NCBI GenBank assembly: GCA_003455995.1
Contig: DMPO01000003.1
Location: 37,430-94,790, forward strand
From: Candidatus Azambacteria bacterium
Lineage (GTDB): Bacteria > Patescibacteriota > Minisyncoccia > UBA10092
Direction: 5' to 3'
DNA length: 57,361 bases
Below the pieces are notes generated by a model, which saw only the letters and a program-made list of their open reading frames with translations, did no database searches and was not told the origin of the DNA. Below are positions 7,507 through 15,549 of the stretch, in pieces (the stretch's first letter is position 1; every line of letters begins with the position of its first letter). The translations under genes and the position numbers were made by a program.

Positions 7507-7515
7507 TGGTAGAAT
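7507..7515 (+). promoter_or_regulatory. Extended -10 (TGgTAGAAT) 7 nt upstream of the lnt ATG (leaderless)
   Basis: TG 7507..7508, TAGAAT 7510..7515, ATG 7522, no SD. Confidence 0.45.
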
Positions 7516-7521
7516 GAATCC

Positions 7522-8922
7522 ATGTTTCTGCCGATTTTATCCGCTATTTTGGGAATCATCGCTTTTCTGCCGATTAATTTTTACCCGGCGGGACTTGTTT
7601 TTTTGGCTCCGCTTTTTATTTTTTTCCTGCGCGAACAAAAACTCCGGCGATTGATTTTAGGGACAGCTCTTTTTCGACTGACCTTTGGCTTGGGAACCGT
7701 TTACTACACTTTAGAGCCGATTTTCTGGCTGACATCGCTTCTCATATTTTTTGGTCTGCCGATATCGATTTGGTTAATTAAAAAATTTTCCGCGCGATTT
7801 CATTCATTATTTGTTATCCGCTATTTATTATTCATTGCCTTGCCTTTTTTATGGACTGTTTTCGACCTTCTCCAAGCCCGATATTCTTTACTGCCGACCT
7901 ATATCATCACTGCCGGCAATAGCTTGGGGTCTTCGCCATTTGTGGGACTGGCTGGCATAGGCGGTTTGGTTCTTCTCACATTTTTTGCCGCCTCAATCAA
8001 TACATTGATCGCAGCAACAATCGCCGCGCCTCCCCTGACAAGGGAAGAAAAAAAGAGGGGTTTTATTCTAATCGGCGTTATTGCCATTCTTATTTTTTCC
8101 GCCTACTTTATTTCCCAATACCGGCTCCAAAAAAATGCGTCTGAATATGATAATCTCCCCAATTCGCTAAAAATAGCGGCGATTTCAACCAATGAAAAAT
8201 TCGAGCGCGGGCAATTTGAAAAACTCAAAGCCGAATTGTCCGGCAAACAATTAGATTTGATAGTTTTTCCGGAAGATATTTTTTCCTCCCGAGCGGATTT
8301 ATTTGATAGCCAGCGGGAATTTTTTCAAAATTTGGCGAAAGAATTAAACGCGGACATCATAACTGTTTTTGACACCATTTCGGAGGGGAAAAAATATAAT
8401 TCCGCTATTTTGTTCGGCAAAAATGGAGAAATCGCCGGCGTTCACAATAAAAACCGCCTAACTTTTATCGGCGAATACTGGCCGTTCGGCGATTGGCGGC
8501 TATCATTCTACGATTGGCTGGCGAAAAAAAATCCAAAAATTAAGAATTACGCTGTTTTTGACATTAAAAACGCTTACGCGCGCGGCGATACCAATATGTT
8601 AAAAATAAAAGAGGCGAATTTTGCCGCGGCTATTTGTTTGGAAATCCAATATCTGTTCGACATCAAAAAATACCGAGAAAACAGCGCGCGATTCGTCGTT
8701 AACCCGACAAGTAATCGCTGGATTGGGAAGGGCGCGAAACATTTTCTTTACATCTCCGACAATTTGAAAAAAATAGAAGCCGTTTGGCTGAAATTGCCGA
8801 TTGTTTCCGGCGGGGTGAAGGACTTCGCCGGCATTATTTTGCCCGATGGCGAGGCGTATTTCGTCAACTACGAAAACAGCCCCAAAGATTGGGGCATGTT
8901 CTTCGGGGAAATAAAATACTGA
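7522..8922 (+). CDS. lnt: Apolipoprotein N-acyltransferase
   Basis: Polytopic N-terminus plus a CN-hydrolase domain. Triad contexts are IVFPED, HNKNRLTFIGEYWPF and AAAICLEIQY. Confidence 0.75.
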   Translation: MFLPILSAILGIIAFLPINFYPAGLVFLAPLFIFFLREQKLRRLILGTALFRLTFGLGTVYYTLEPIFWLTSLLIFFGLPISIWLIKKFSARFHSLFVIRYLLFIALPFLWTVFDLLQARYSLLPTYIITAGNSLGSSPFVGLAGIGGLVLLTFFAASINTLIAATIAAPPLTREEKKRGFILIGVIAILIFSAYFISQYRLQKNASEYDNLPNSLKIAAISTNEKFERGQFEKLKAELSGKQLDLIVFPEDIFSSRADLFDSQREFFQNLAKELNADIITVFDTISEGKKYNSAILFGKNGEIAGVHNKNRLTFIGEYWPFGDWRLSFYDWLAKKNPKIKNYAVFDIKNAYARGDTNMLKIKEANFAAAICLEIQYLFDIKKYRENSARFVVNPTSNRWIGKGAKHFLYISDNLKKIEAVWLKLPIVSGGVKDFAGIILPDGEAYFVNYENSPKDWGMFFGEIKY

Positions 8923-8923
8923 T

Positions 8924-9163
8924 TTATTGAACTTTCAGCAAGCGATAATTCGGCAAAATGCCGGATTTTATCAGCCACGGTCCCAAGACAAAAGTGGCGA
9001 AGAAAAACCAAACCAACGAAAACGCCACTAAAATCGCGCCTTCTTTGCGGTGTTTCTCATCCATTAACACGGCAATGCCGTAAACCAGACCGCCGACAAC
9101 ACTGAAAAGTGACATTACGATGCCGATCCAAAACCATTTTTTATACAACGCAAATTGATCCAT
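8924..9163 (-). CDS. Small membrane protein
   Basis: 79 aa with two hydrophobic helices. Confidence 0.4.
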   Translation of the reverse strand: MDQFALYKKWFWIGIVMSLFSVVGGLVYGIAVLMDEKHRKEGAILVAFSLVWFFFATFVLGPWLIKSGILPNYRLLKVQ

Positions 9164-9229
9164 ATATAAATTTTAATTAAGAATAATTTGTTTACAATTA
9201 CATTATAGCATTGACGCAACCGGAAGTAT

Positions 9230-9238
9230 TGTGGATAA
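9230..9238 (+). promoter_or_regulatory. Perfect DnaA-box 9-mer (TGTGGATAA = complement of TTATCCACA)
   Basis: Exact match, intergenic (xerC 3' end / promoter region of 8924..9163). Confidence 0.4.
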
Positions 9239-9248
9239 CTTCCCGACG

Positions 9249-10163
9249 CTATTTTCTTCTTTTGCTATGAAACGCCTGATGGACTTCGCGGAGTTGTTTA
9301 TTTGTAATGTGAGTATAAATTTGGGTGGTGATGATGCTGGAGTGTCCCAGGAGTTCCTGCACCGAGCGGATGTCGGCGCCGTTCATAAGTAAATCGGTGG
9401 CGAAACTATGGCGTAAACTATGCGGGGTGATTTTTTTTGAAAGCCCCGCCTTGGCGGAATAATGTTTCACCATGCGCTCAATACTGCGGGAAGTGAGACG
9501 CAGGTTGTTTTCTTTGGCGGGATTTTTTCCGCCTCTAATAAATAGCGCCGGATCGATATCGCCGCGTTTTTCAAGATAATTTTTCATTGCCGTTTTGGCG
9601 GTGTCCGATAAAAAGACCAAACGAACTTTATCGCCCTTGCCCCTTACGGCGAATTCTCCGGACTTGAAATTTATCGAATCGCGATTCAAAGCGCATAATT
9701 CCGAAACGCGAAGGCCGGTGGAAAACAATAATTCCAAAATGGCGCGGTCACGCAGATTATCGGGCGCGTTTAACAGTCGCTCCAGTTCATTATTTTCCAA
9801 AAAAATCACCTGCCGTTCCGACTGTTTACCCAGTTCAATTTTATCCGCCGGCAGAATTTTTACATCGCGTTTTGCCGCGTATTTCAAAAGATTTCTCAAA
9901 GCGATGAGATAATAATTTTGAGTATTTTTTTTCAAACCAGCGGGTTTGCCCCGAGCATTGTCGAGGGGTCGAGCGGGTTGTCTATTCAGCCACAACCGAT
10001 ATTGCCTCACCAAGTCCTGCGAGATTTGCTCCGGCTTGGAGATTTTGGCAAAATCCAAAAATCGCTTTAAATATCGCTCGTAATTAACCCGCGTCTTCAC
10101 CGAGCGGTTTTTTTCAATCTCCAAATAGTCCAAATAGTCCTTCAGAAGAGTTTTTATATCCAT
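9249..10163 (-). CDS. xerC: Tyrosine recombinase XerC/XerD family
   Basis: HSLRHSFATDLLMNGADIRSVQELLGHSSIITTQIYTH. The start was moved to MDIKTLLKDYLDYL (ATG 10163). Confidence 0.85.
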   Translation of the reverse strand: MDIKTLLKDYLDYLEIEKNRSVKTRVNYERYLKRFLDFAKISKPEQISQDLVRQYRLWLNRQPARPLDNARGKPAGLKKNTQNYYLIALRNLLKYAAKRDVKILPADKIELGKQSERQVIFLENNELERLLNAPDNLRDRAILELLFSTGLRVSELCALNRDSINFKSGEFAVRGKGDKVRLVFLSDTAKTAMKNYLEKRGDIDPALFIRGGKNPAKENNLRLTSRSIERMVKHYSAKAGLSKKITPHSLRHSFATDLLMNGADIRSVQELLGHSSIITTQIYTHITNKQLREVHQAFHSKRRK

Positions 10164-10220
10164 GCTTCCATTATACAAGACTTTACGAAAACAAAATATC
10201 ATGCTACTATCTACTCCATA

Positions 10221-10487
10221 ATGCTAAAAACCAAGGTAAAATCAAAAATAATCGCCGAGCATAAAATTCACGACACCGACACCGGTTCGGTGGAAGTGCA
10301 GACGGCGATTTTAAGCAAGGCCATCGACCAGTTGGCCAAACATTTGAAAAAAAACCCGAAAGACAATCATTCACGCCGGGGACTTTTGGGAATGGTGTCG
10401 AAAAGAAAGCGGCTTTTGAATTATTTAGTCAAAGAAGACGAAAAAAGACATGGCGCTTTAATTAAAAAAATAGGATTAAAAAAATAA
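10221..10487 (+). CDS. rpsO: 30S ribosomal protein S15
   Basis: 88 aa with TGSVEVQTAILSKAIDQLAKHLKKNPKDNHSRRGLLGMVSKRKRLLNYL. Confidence 0.9.
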   Translation: MLKTKVKSKIIAEHKIHDTDTGSVEVQTAILSKAIDQLAKHLKKNPKDNHSRRGLLGMVSKRKRLLNYLVKEDEKRHGALIKKIGLKK

Positions 10488-10493
10488 TAGAGA

Positions 10494-11039
10494 ATGTCGA
10501 TAATCAAGCATAAAGACCAGCGCGTCGCCATCTTGATAGATGTCCAAAATTTGTATCATTCGGCCAAGAATCTTTACAACGCGCGGGTTAATTTCAGCGA
10601 AATTTTGAAGGCGGCCCTAAGCGGCCGCAAATTGGTGCGAGCCATCGGATATGTCATCAAGACCGAAACCGGCGAAGAAACGGCTTTTTTTGAGGCGCTA
10701 ACTAAAATGGGCATCGAAACCAAAATGAAGGACCTGCAAATTTTTCCCGGCGGGATGAAAAAAGGCGACTGGGATGTCGGGATGGCCGTTGACGCCATCC
10801 GCCTCGGCGAAGCGACGGTGGACGCCGTGGTGCTCGGCACCGGCGACGGCGATTTCGTCCCTTTGGTGGAATATCTCAAGGGCCGAGGCCGCCAGATGGA
10901 AATCATTTCCTTCGGCCGCTCCACTTCGGCAAAATTGAAAGAAGCCGCCGACGATTTTATCGACATGTCGGCCGATCCCAAAAAATTCACCATTCCGATT
11001 AAAAAATCAAGAAATATAAAACCCAAAATAAAACAATGA
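10494..11039 (+). CDS. NYN-domain (LabA-like) protein
   Basis: VAILIDVQNLYHSAKNLY ... VLGTGDGDFVPLVEYLK. Confidence 0.7.
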   Translation: MSIIKHKDQRVAILIDVQNLYHSAKNLYNARVNFSEILKAALSGRKLVRAIGYVIKTETGEETAFFEALTKMGIETKMKDLQIFPGGMKKGDWDVGMAVDAIRLGEATVDAVVLGTGDGDFVPLVEYLKGRGRQMEIISFGRSTSAKLKEAADDFIDMSADPKKFTIPIKKSRNIKPKIKQ

Positions 11040-13141
11040 AAGAGATCAAGAAATACTCAGTTGATTTTGCCGGACAAATCTTAGAAATAGAAATAGGCAA
11101 ACTGGCGGGACAGGCCAATGGCGCTGTAACCGCCCGATTGGGCGATACGGTGGTCCTGGCGACGGCCGTTATGGCCAAAGAGCCGAGAATCGGCGGCGAT
11201 TTCTTCCCATTAAGCGTTGATTATGAGGAAAAATTTTACGCCCGGGGCAAAATTCTCGGCTCGCGATTTATGCGGCGCGAAGGCCGGCCGTCGGAAGAGG
11301 CGGTTTTGAACGCGCGGCTGATAGACCGCGCCATCAGGCCCCTTTTCAACCAAAGCGCCCGAAACGAGGTGCAAATCGTAACCACCGTTCTTTCGGTTGA
11401 CGAAAAAAACGACCCCGATATTTTAGCGATGAACGCCGCTTCCATGGCGCTGATAACTTCCGACATCCCCTGGAGCGGCCCTATCGCCGCGATCAGAATC
11501 GGCAAGATTAACGGCCAATGGATGCTCAATCCCGCTTTCGCCGACCGCGAAAACGGAATTTCCGATTTGGTGGTTTCGGTATCTTCCGATATGAAAATTA
11601 ATATGATTGAAGCCGGTCCTTTGCAGGAATTGAAAGAAGAAGAACTTGTGGAAGGAATTGGTTTCGCACAGGCGGCGCTGAAAAATTTAATTGATTTCAA
11701 CAAAAAAATCGCCGGCGATTTTAACACACCAAAAGCGATTGTCGCCGTTGCCGACACCGATTCAGATTTGAGAGATGAAGTTGCTAAATTTCTTAATGCC
11801 GACAATGCGTTGGAAAAGGCGATCTACGATTACAGCCGAGACAAAACCGAGCGGGAAAACAATTTAGGATCGCTTAAGGACTTGCTCAAAGAGCATATTG
11901 CGGGCATTGACGAAAAAAAAGTAAGAATGGCAGAGATTATTTTTGACGAGGCCATCGATGAAATCGTCCATAAAAACATTTTGGAAAAAGATAAACGGCC
12001 GGACGGAAGAAAGATGGACGAACTCCGCAATTTATCTTCCGAAGTCGGATTCTTGCCTCGCACCCATGGTAGCGGTTTGTTCCAAAGAGGGGAAACGCAA
12101 ATTCTGTCGGCGCTGACATTGGGTTCGCCGTCGGACGAACTGATAATAGAAGGCATGATCATCTCCACCAAAAAACATTTTATGCATCAATACAACTTTC
12201 CTCCGTTTTCGGTGGGGGAAACCGGCCGAATGGGCGCCCCGGGCAGAAGAGAAATCGGCCACGGCGCTCTGGCCGAAAAAGCCCTTTTGCCGATGATCCC
12301 AAAAAAAGAGGATTTCCCCTACGCCATTAGAATCGTTTCCGAGGTTTTGTCGTCAAACGGCTCGTCGTCAATGGGATCGGTCTGCGGTTCCACCCTGGCG
12401 CTGATGGACGCCGGCGTCCCCATCACCAAACCGGTCGCGGGAATAGCGATGGGATTAATGAGCAACAAAAAAGGCGATTACAAAATTTTAACCGATATCC
12501 AGGGGCCGGAAGACCATCACGGCGACATGGATTTTAAAGCGGCCGGCACTAAGGACGGCATCACCGCCATGCAGATGGATGTGAAAATAAACGGCATTGA
12601 CATTAAAATTTTGAAAGAGACGCTGGAACAGACCCGAAAAGCGCGTCTGGAAATTTTGGATAATATAACTAAAACCATCGACAAACCGAGAGCCAATTTA
12701 TCGCCGTTCGCTCCGAGAATCATCACCCTGCAAATTGCGGTTGATAAAATCAGGGAGGTGATCGGATCCGGAGGCAAAGTTATTAACGAGATTATCGCTA
12801 CCACCGGCGCCGCCATTGACATTGAAGAATCGGGGCTGATATTTATCACCGCCGAAAATGAAGAAAGCGGGCTGAAAACCAAAGAAATTATTGAGGGTAT
12901 CGTTAAAGAATATAAAGTCGGCGAAATTGTGACCGGCAAGGTTGTCAATATTCTTGATTTTGGGGCCATCGTGGAATTCGGCAGAGGAAGGGACGGGATG
13001 ATTCACATTTCGGAACTGGCGAACCGCCGCGTGGAAAAAGTTACCGATGTCGTTAATATGGGCGACGAAGTAACGGTGAAAATTAAAAGGGTTGAAAACG
13101 GTAAAATCAGCTTGTCCCTCAAAGATGCTGGCACGAAATAG
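11036..13141 (+). CDS. pnp: Polyribonucleotide nucleotidyltransferase (PNPase)
   Basis: 701 aa with two RNase PH domains, a KH domain and an S1 domain (GEIVTGKVVNILDFGAIVEF). Confidence 0.95.
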   Translation: MKEIKKYSVDFAGQILEIEIGKLAGQANGAVTARLGDTVVLATAVMAKEPRIGGDFFPLSVDYEEKFYARGKILGSRFMRREGRPSEEAVLNARLIDRAIRPLFNQSARNEVQIVTTVLSVDEKNDPDILAMNAASMALITSDIPWSGPIAAIRIGKINGQWMLNPAFADRENGISDLVVSVSSDMKINMIEAGPLQELKEEELVEGIGFAQAALKNLIDFNKKIAGDFNTPKAIVAVADTDSDLRDEVAKFLNADNALEKAIYDYSRDKTERENNLGSLKDLLKEHIAGIDEKKVRMAEIIFDEAIDEIVHKNILEKDKRPDGRKMDELRNLSSEVGFLPRTHGSGLFQRGETQILSALTLGSPSDELIIEGMIISTKKHFMHQYNFPPFSVGETGRMGAPGRREIGHGALAEKALLPMIPKKEDFPYAIRIVSEVLSSNGSSSMGSVCGSTLALMDAGVPITKPVAGIAMGLMSNKKGDYKILTDIQGPEDHHGDMDFKAAGTKDGITAMQMDVKINGIDIKILKETLEQTRKARLEILDNITKTIDKPRANLSPFAPRIITLQIAVDKIREVIGSGGKVINEIIATTGAAIDIEESGLIFITAENEESGLKTKEIIEGIVKEYKVGEIVTGKVVNILDFGAIVEFGRGRDGMIHISELANRRVEKVTDVVNMGDEVTVKIKRVENGKISLSLKDAGTK

Positions 13142-13174
13142 ACATTTTAAATGAATGACATATAATACATTTAT

Positions 13175-13402
13175 ATGACAACAAAAAGAGAATTTACGGC
13201 GGTATATCAAAAACGCGGCAAGTGGTATATCGCTTGGATTGAAGAAATCCCGGGTGTAAACACGCAAGGCCGCACGAAAAAAGAGGCGCGAGAAAATCTT
13301 AAAGAGGCGCTGGTTTTGATTTTGGAAGCGAATAGAAAATTGGAAAAAGATAAAAGCCGCAATTCAATACGGGAATCTTTAATGGTCGCTGTTAGTTTAT
13401 AA
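13175..13402 (+). CDS. hicB: HicB-family antitoxin
   Basis: FTAVYQKRGKWYIAWIEEIPGVNTQGRTKKEARENLKEAL. TATAAT at 13161..13166 lies only 9 nt before the ATG. Confidence 0.65.
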   Translation: MTTKREFTAVYQKRGKWYIAWIEEIPGVNTQGRTKKEARENLKEALVLILEANRKLEKDKSRNSIRESLMVAVSL

Positions 13403-13411
13403 TGAATTTTA

Positions 13412-13606
13412 ATGAAACGCAGTCAGTTATTGAGACATCTAAAAGATTATAATTGTGCTCTACTTCGTGAAGGGAAAAGACATTCTATCTTTTATAATCA
13501 GAAAACAAAAAGAACTTCCAGCGTTCCAAGACATCGAGAAATAGATGATTTCCTTGCAAAGAAAATCTGTAAAGATTTGGGAATTCCGGATCGTGTGGAT
13601 AAGTAA
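13412..13606 (+). CDS. hicA: HicA-family mRNA interferase toxin
   Basis: MKRSQLLRHLKDYNCALLREGKRHSIFYN... (YcfA/HicA pattern). A perfect DnaA-box 9-mer lies at 13594..13602 inside its 3' end. Confidence 0.65.
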   Translation: MKRSQLLRHLKDYNCALLREGKRHSIFYNQKTKRTSSVPRHREIDDFLAKKICKDLGIPDRVDK

Positions 13607-13613
13607 ATAAAAA

Positions 13614-13639
13614 ACATCCCGCCGCTGCGGGATGTTTTT
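13614..13639 (+). terminator. Rho-independent terminator after hicA
   Basis: acatcccgc-cgct-gcgggatgt followed by ttttt. Confidence 0.7.
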
Positions 13640-13656
13640 GTGCTATAATAAAATCT

Positions 13657-14820
13657 ATGGCGGAACAAGTTCAAAATTTGGTGGAAAATATTATCATCAG
13701 AACGATGAAAGGCGACTTGAGCAAAATGTCCCAAGCTATTTCAGCGCCGTCTTTAGCCGATGTTGCGGCAAGTAAATCTTCCGTTGAGACGAAGAAACAA
13801 AACCCGGTTCAACAAAATGCGGCTTCGGCACCAGAACGATCTGCATGGACTTCGGCTTCCCATGAAGCGCGAATTCCCGCATTAAACGTCCCCGTGCCGA
13901 AATTGCCAGCCGTTGAGACGAGGGGACAAGGTCTGGTTCAACAGAAGTCAATTTCGGCACAGGGACGAATCATCCCCCCAAAAAATATCCCTGAACTGCC
14001 CCTGAAACCACTTTATAAAACCACTCCGACCTGGATAAAATTGGGATTTATCGGCTTGGCCGTAATTGCCGCCTCTCTTTCGGGACTTTTCGGCTACTGG
14101 AAATATTTCATCAGAGATAAGGCGCCGACAATAATTCCTCCAACGGCAACGACCACCGTTCCAATTTTACCGACGGCCCCGACAGCAACTACCACCGTTC
14201 CGATAAAATTCTTTAATAAACTGCCAAATAAGTCGGTGACTATTGATTTGCCGTTAAAAACCGCAGACGCTTTGATAAAAGCGCTAAAATCGGAGGCAAA
14301 AGTTGATGAAACCCGCGCCTCGGTCAAACAAATCAAAATAACCTACAAGGGAGATCCGCTAATAACCGAAGAATTTTTAAGCATGATGTCAATTTTCACC
14401 CCCAAGGACTTTTTGCTGAATTACGAAAAAGAATTCGCTTTCGCTTTTTTCAACCAAAAAGAGGGAGTGCGGCCGATTTTAATACTTAAGGCAAAAGACG
14501 CTGATTTCGCCAAGGCGCAAATGGAAAGTTGGGAAAAAACATCGCTCTCCGGCGACATCGCGCCTTTATTTCTCGACAACGCCGTATCGCCTAAACCCCA
14601 ATCGACTTTCAAGTCATACTCATTTATCAATCAGCCCGTGCGTTATTTGAATATAGGCAAAGCGTTCGCCTCATTAAACTACGCGCTCTACGAAAATTAC
14701 CTTGTTTTTACCGCCTCTAGCCCCGGAATGTTTGTTATTTTGCAGGACCTGATCGGCCAAGGAGTTTCAATTGACTATCTGAAATCTCTTGAGGCATCCA
14801 TAAACAAATTTGTTAAATAA
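13657..14820 (+). CDS. Membrane-anchored hypothetical protein with internal repeats
   Basis: 387 aa with one TM helix near residue 130. Repeats: SSVETKKQNPVQQNAAS / PAVETRGQGLVQQKSIS and TATTTVPI (twice). TGcTATAAT at 13641..13649 lies 8 nt before the ATG (leaderless). Confidence 0.6.
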   Translation: MAEQVQNLVENIIIRTMKGDLSKMSQAISAPSLADVAASKSSVETKKQNPVQQNAASAPERSAWTSASHEARIPALNVPVPKLPAVETRGQGLVQQKSISAQGRIIPPKNIPELPLKPLYKTTPTWIKLGFIGLAVIAASLSGLFGYWKYFIRDKAPTIIPPTATTTVPILPTAPTATTTVPIKFFNKLPNKSVTIDLPLKTADALIKALKSEAKVDETRASVKQIKITYKGDPLITEEFLSMMSIFTPKDFLLNYEKEFAFAFFNQKEGVRPILILKAKDADFAKAQMESWEKTSLSGDIAPLFLDNAVSPKPQSTFKSYSFINQPVRYLNIGKAFASLNYALYENYLVFTASSPGMFVILQDLIGQGVSIDYLKSLEASINKFVK

Positions 14821-14825
14821 TCCCT

Positions 14826-14834
14826 TGTGGATAA
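14826..14834 (+). promoter_or_regulatory. Perfect DnaA-box 9-mer just upstream of a TTGACG-17-GAAAAT promoter-like element (14841..14869)
   Basis: Exact TGTGGATAA. The hexamers were read directly. Confidence 0.4.
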
Positions 14835-14869
14835 CTGGGGGTTGACGGGGGTTTTGCGTTTTGAGAAAA

Positions 14870-15108
14870 TAGCAGTAGATCCTTGTTTCTGTTCTACGAT
14901 TCTCTCGGGTGTTCGCACCCGATACGGCCATCTGCTGGCCGCGTTTGATTGGTTCTTTTTATCAAAACTTAATAGGTCTCGACCATAGAACGGATACGAG
15001 GCTCAATATGCAAGAATATGAAGGCACACAAAGGCAGATGTGAGCCTATAAATAAGGGCACCAACCCATTTAATAAAATTTTAGGGGTTCAACGGCGCCC
15101 TTTTTCGT
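14870..15108 (+). ncRNA. Candidate structured ncRNA of unknown class in a 340 nt non-coding gap
   Basis: No ORF with an SD. Hairpins present: cgggtg-UUCG-cacccg, ggcca-tctgc-tggcc, ggctca...tgagcc. A terminal imperfect hairpin is followed by cccttttt. The boundaries are approximate. Confidence 0.35.
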
Positions 15109-15159
15109 TTCTCGTACCTTATTATTGCTTTCTATTTTTATTTTTGATATTCTGAAAAC

Positions 15160-15549
15160 ATGTTAGACCAAAAAACAATTGAAGAATTCAAAACTTCTTT
15201 GGAAAAAGAACGGAGTTTGCTCACCAAAGAACTGGGAACCATCGCCACGCCAGATTCTAATCCGAACATGAAAGACAATTGGAATGTAAAACATTTTGAG
15301 TGGGGAGAAAATCAAATTACCAGCGAAGAGGACTTGGAAAGCGGGGAAAGCGTCAATGAGAGCGACGAAGACATGAAAAATAAGGCGCTTTCCGACCATT
15401 TGGAATTGCGGCTGAAGGAAGTTAGGGAAGCATTAGAGCGGATTGACGGCGGAACTTACGGAATTTGCGAAGTTTGTCAAAAAGAAATCCCCCTTGAGAG
15501 ATTACAAGCTAACCCCGCGGCAAAAACCGACATGGAACATGTCAGTTAG
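15160..15549 (+). CDS. DksA/TraR-family zinc-finger protein (only one CxxC pair retained)
   Basis: The C-terminal GGTYGICEVCQKEIPLERLQANP is family-typical, but the second CxxC is absent. Confidence 0.6.
   Translation: MLDQKTIEEFKTSLEKERSLLTKELGTIATPDSNPNMKDNWNVKHFEWGENQITSEEDLESGESVNESDEDMKNKALSDHLELRLKEVREALERIDGGTYGICEVCQKEIPLERLQANPAAKTDMEHVS

Noticed and set aside
11236-12969. Long antisense or alternative-frame ORFs inside pnp. The same type occurs inside comM (15784..16599), polA (50097..51942), PBP (38965..39586), VirB6-like (25978..26805) and elsewhere.
   Set aside because: They lie wholly within strongly supported genes, have low-complexity compositions (S/A/P/R-rich), and lack starts with an SD or promoter. 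They are shadow ORFs.
13770-13975. Two approximately 65 nt repeats inside 13657..14820 that differ mostly at A-to-G positions, reminiscent of a DGR template/variable repeat pair.
   Set aside because: No reverse transcriptase or accessory gene is in the window. Both repeats are in frame in the same protein (SSVETKKQNPVQQ / PAVETRGQGLVQQ). C/T and other changes also occur. Ordinary diverged tandem duplication is the simpler explanation.
14836-14860. GGGGGTTGACGGGGGTTTTGCG looks like a tmRNA 5' end.
   Set aside because: There is no tRNA-like 3' end (T arm plus complementary acceptor strand or CCA) anywhere in the gap, and no plausible ...ALAA tag frame. The TTGACG fits a -35 hexamer better.
15443-15538. 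N-terminal extensions in track ORFs (15443, 18036, 21629, 22680, 23447, 48199, 52933, 10202, 5518).
   Set aside because: Internal starts coincide with the conserved protein N-termini, with ATGA/TGATG coupling to upstream stops, or with SD or -10 elements. The extensions overlap upstream genes or non-coding sequence.
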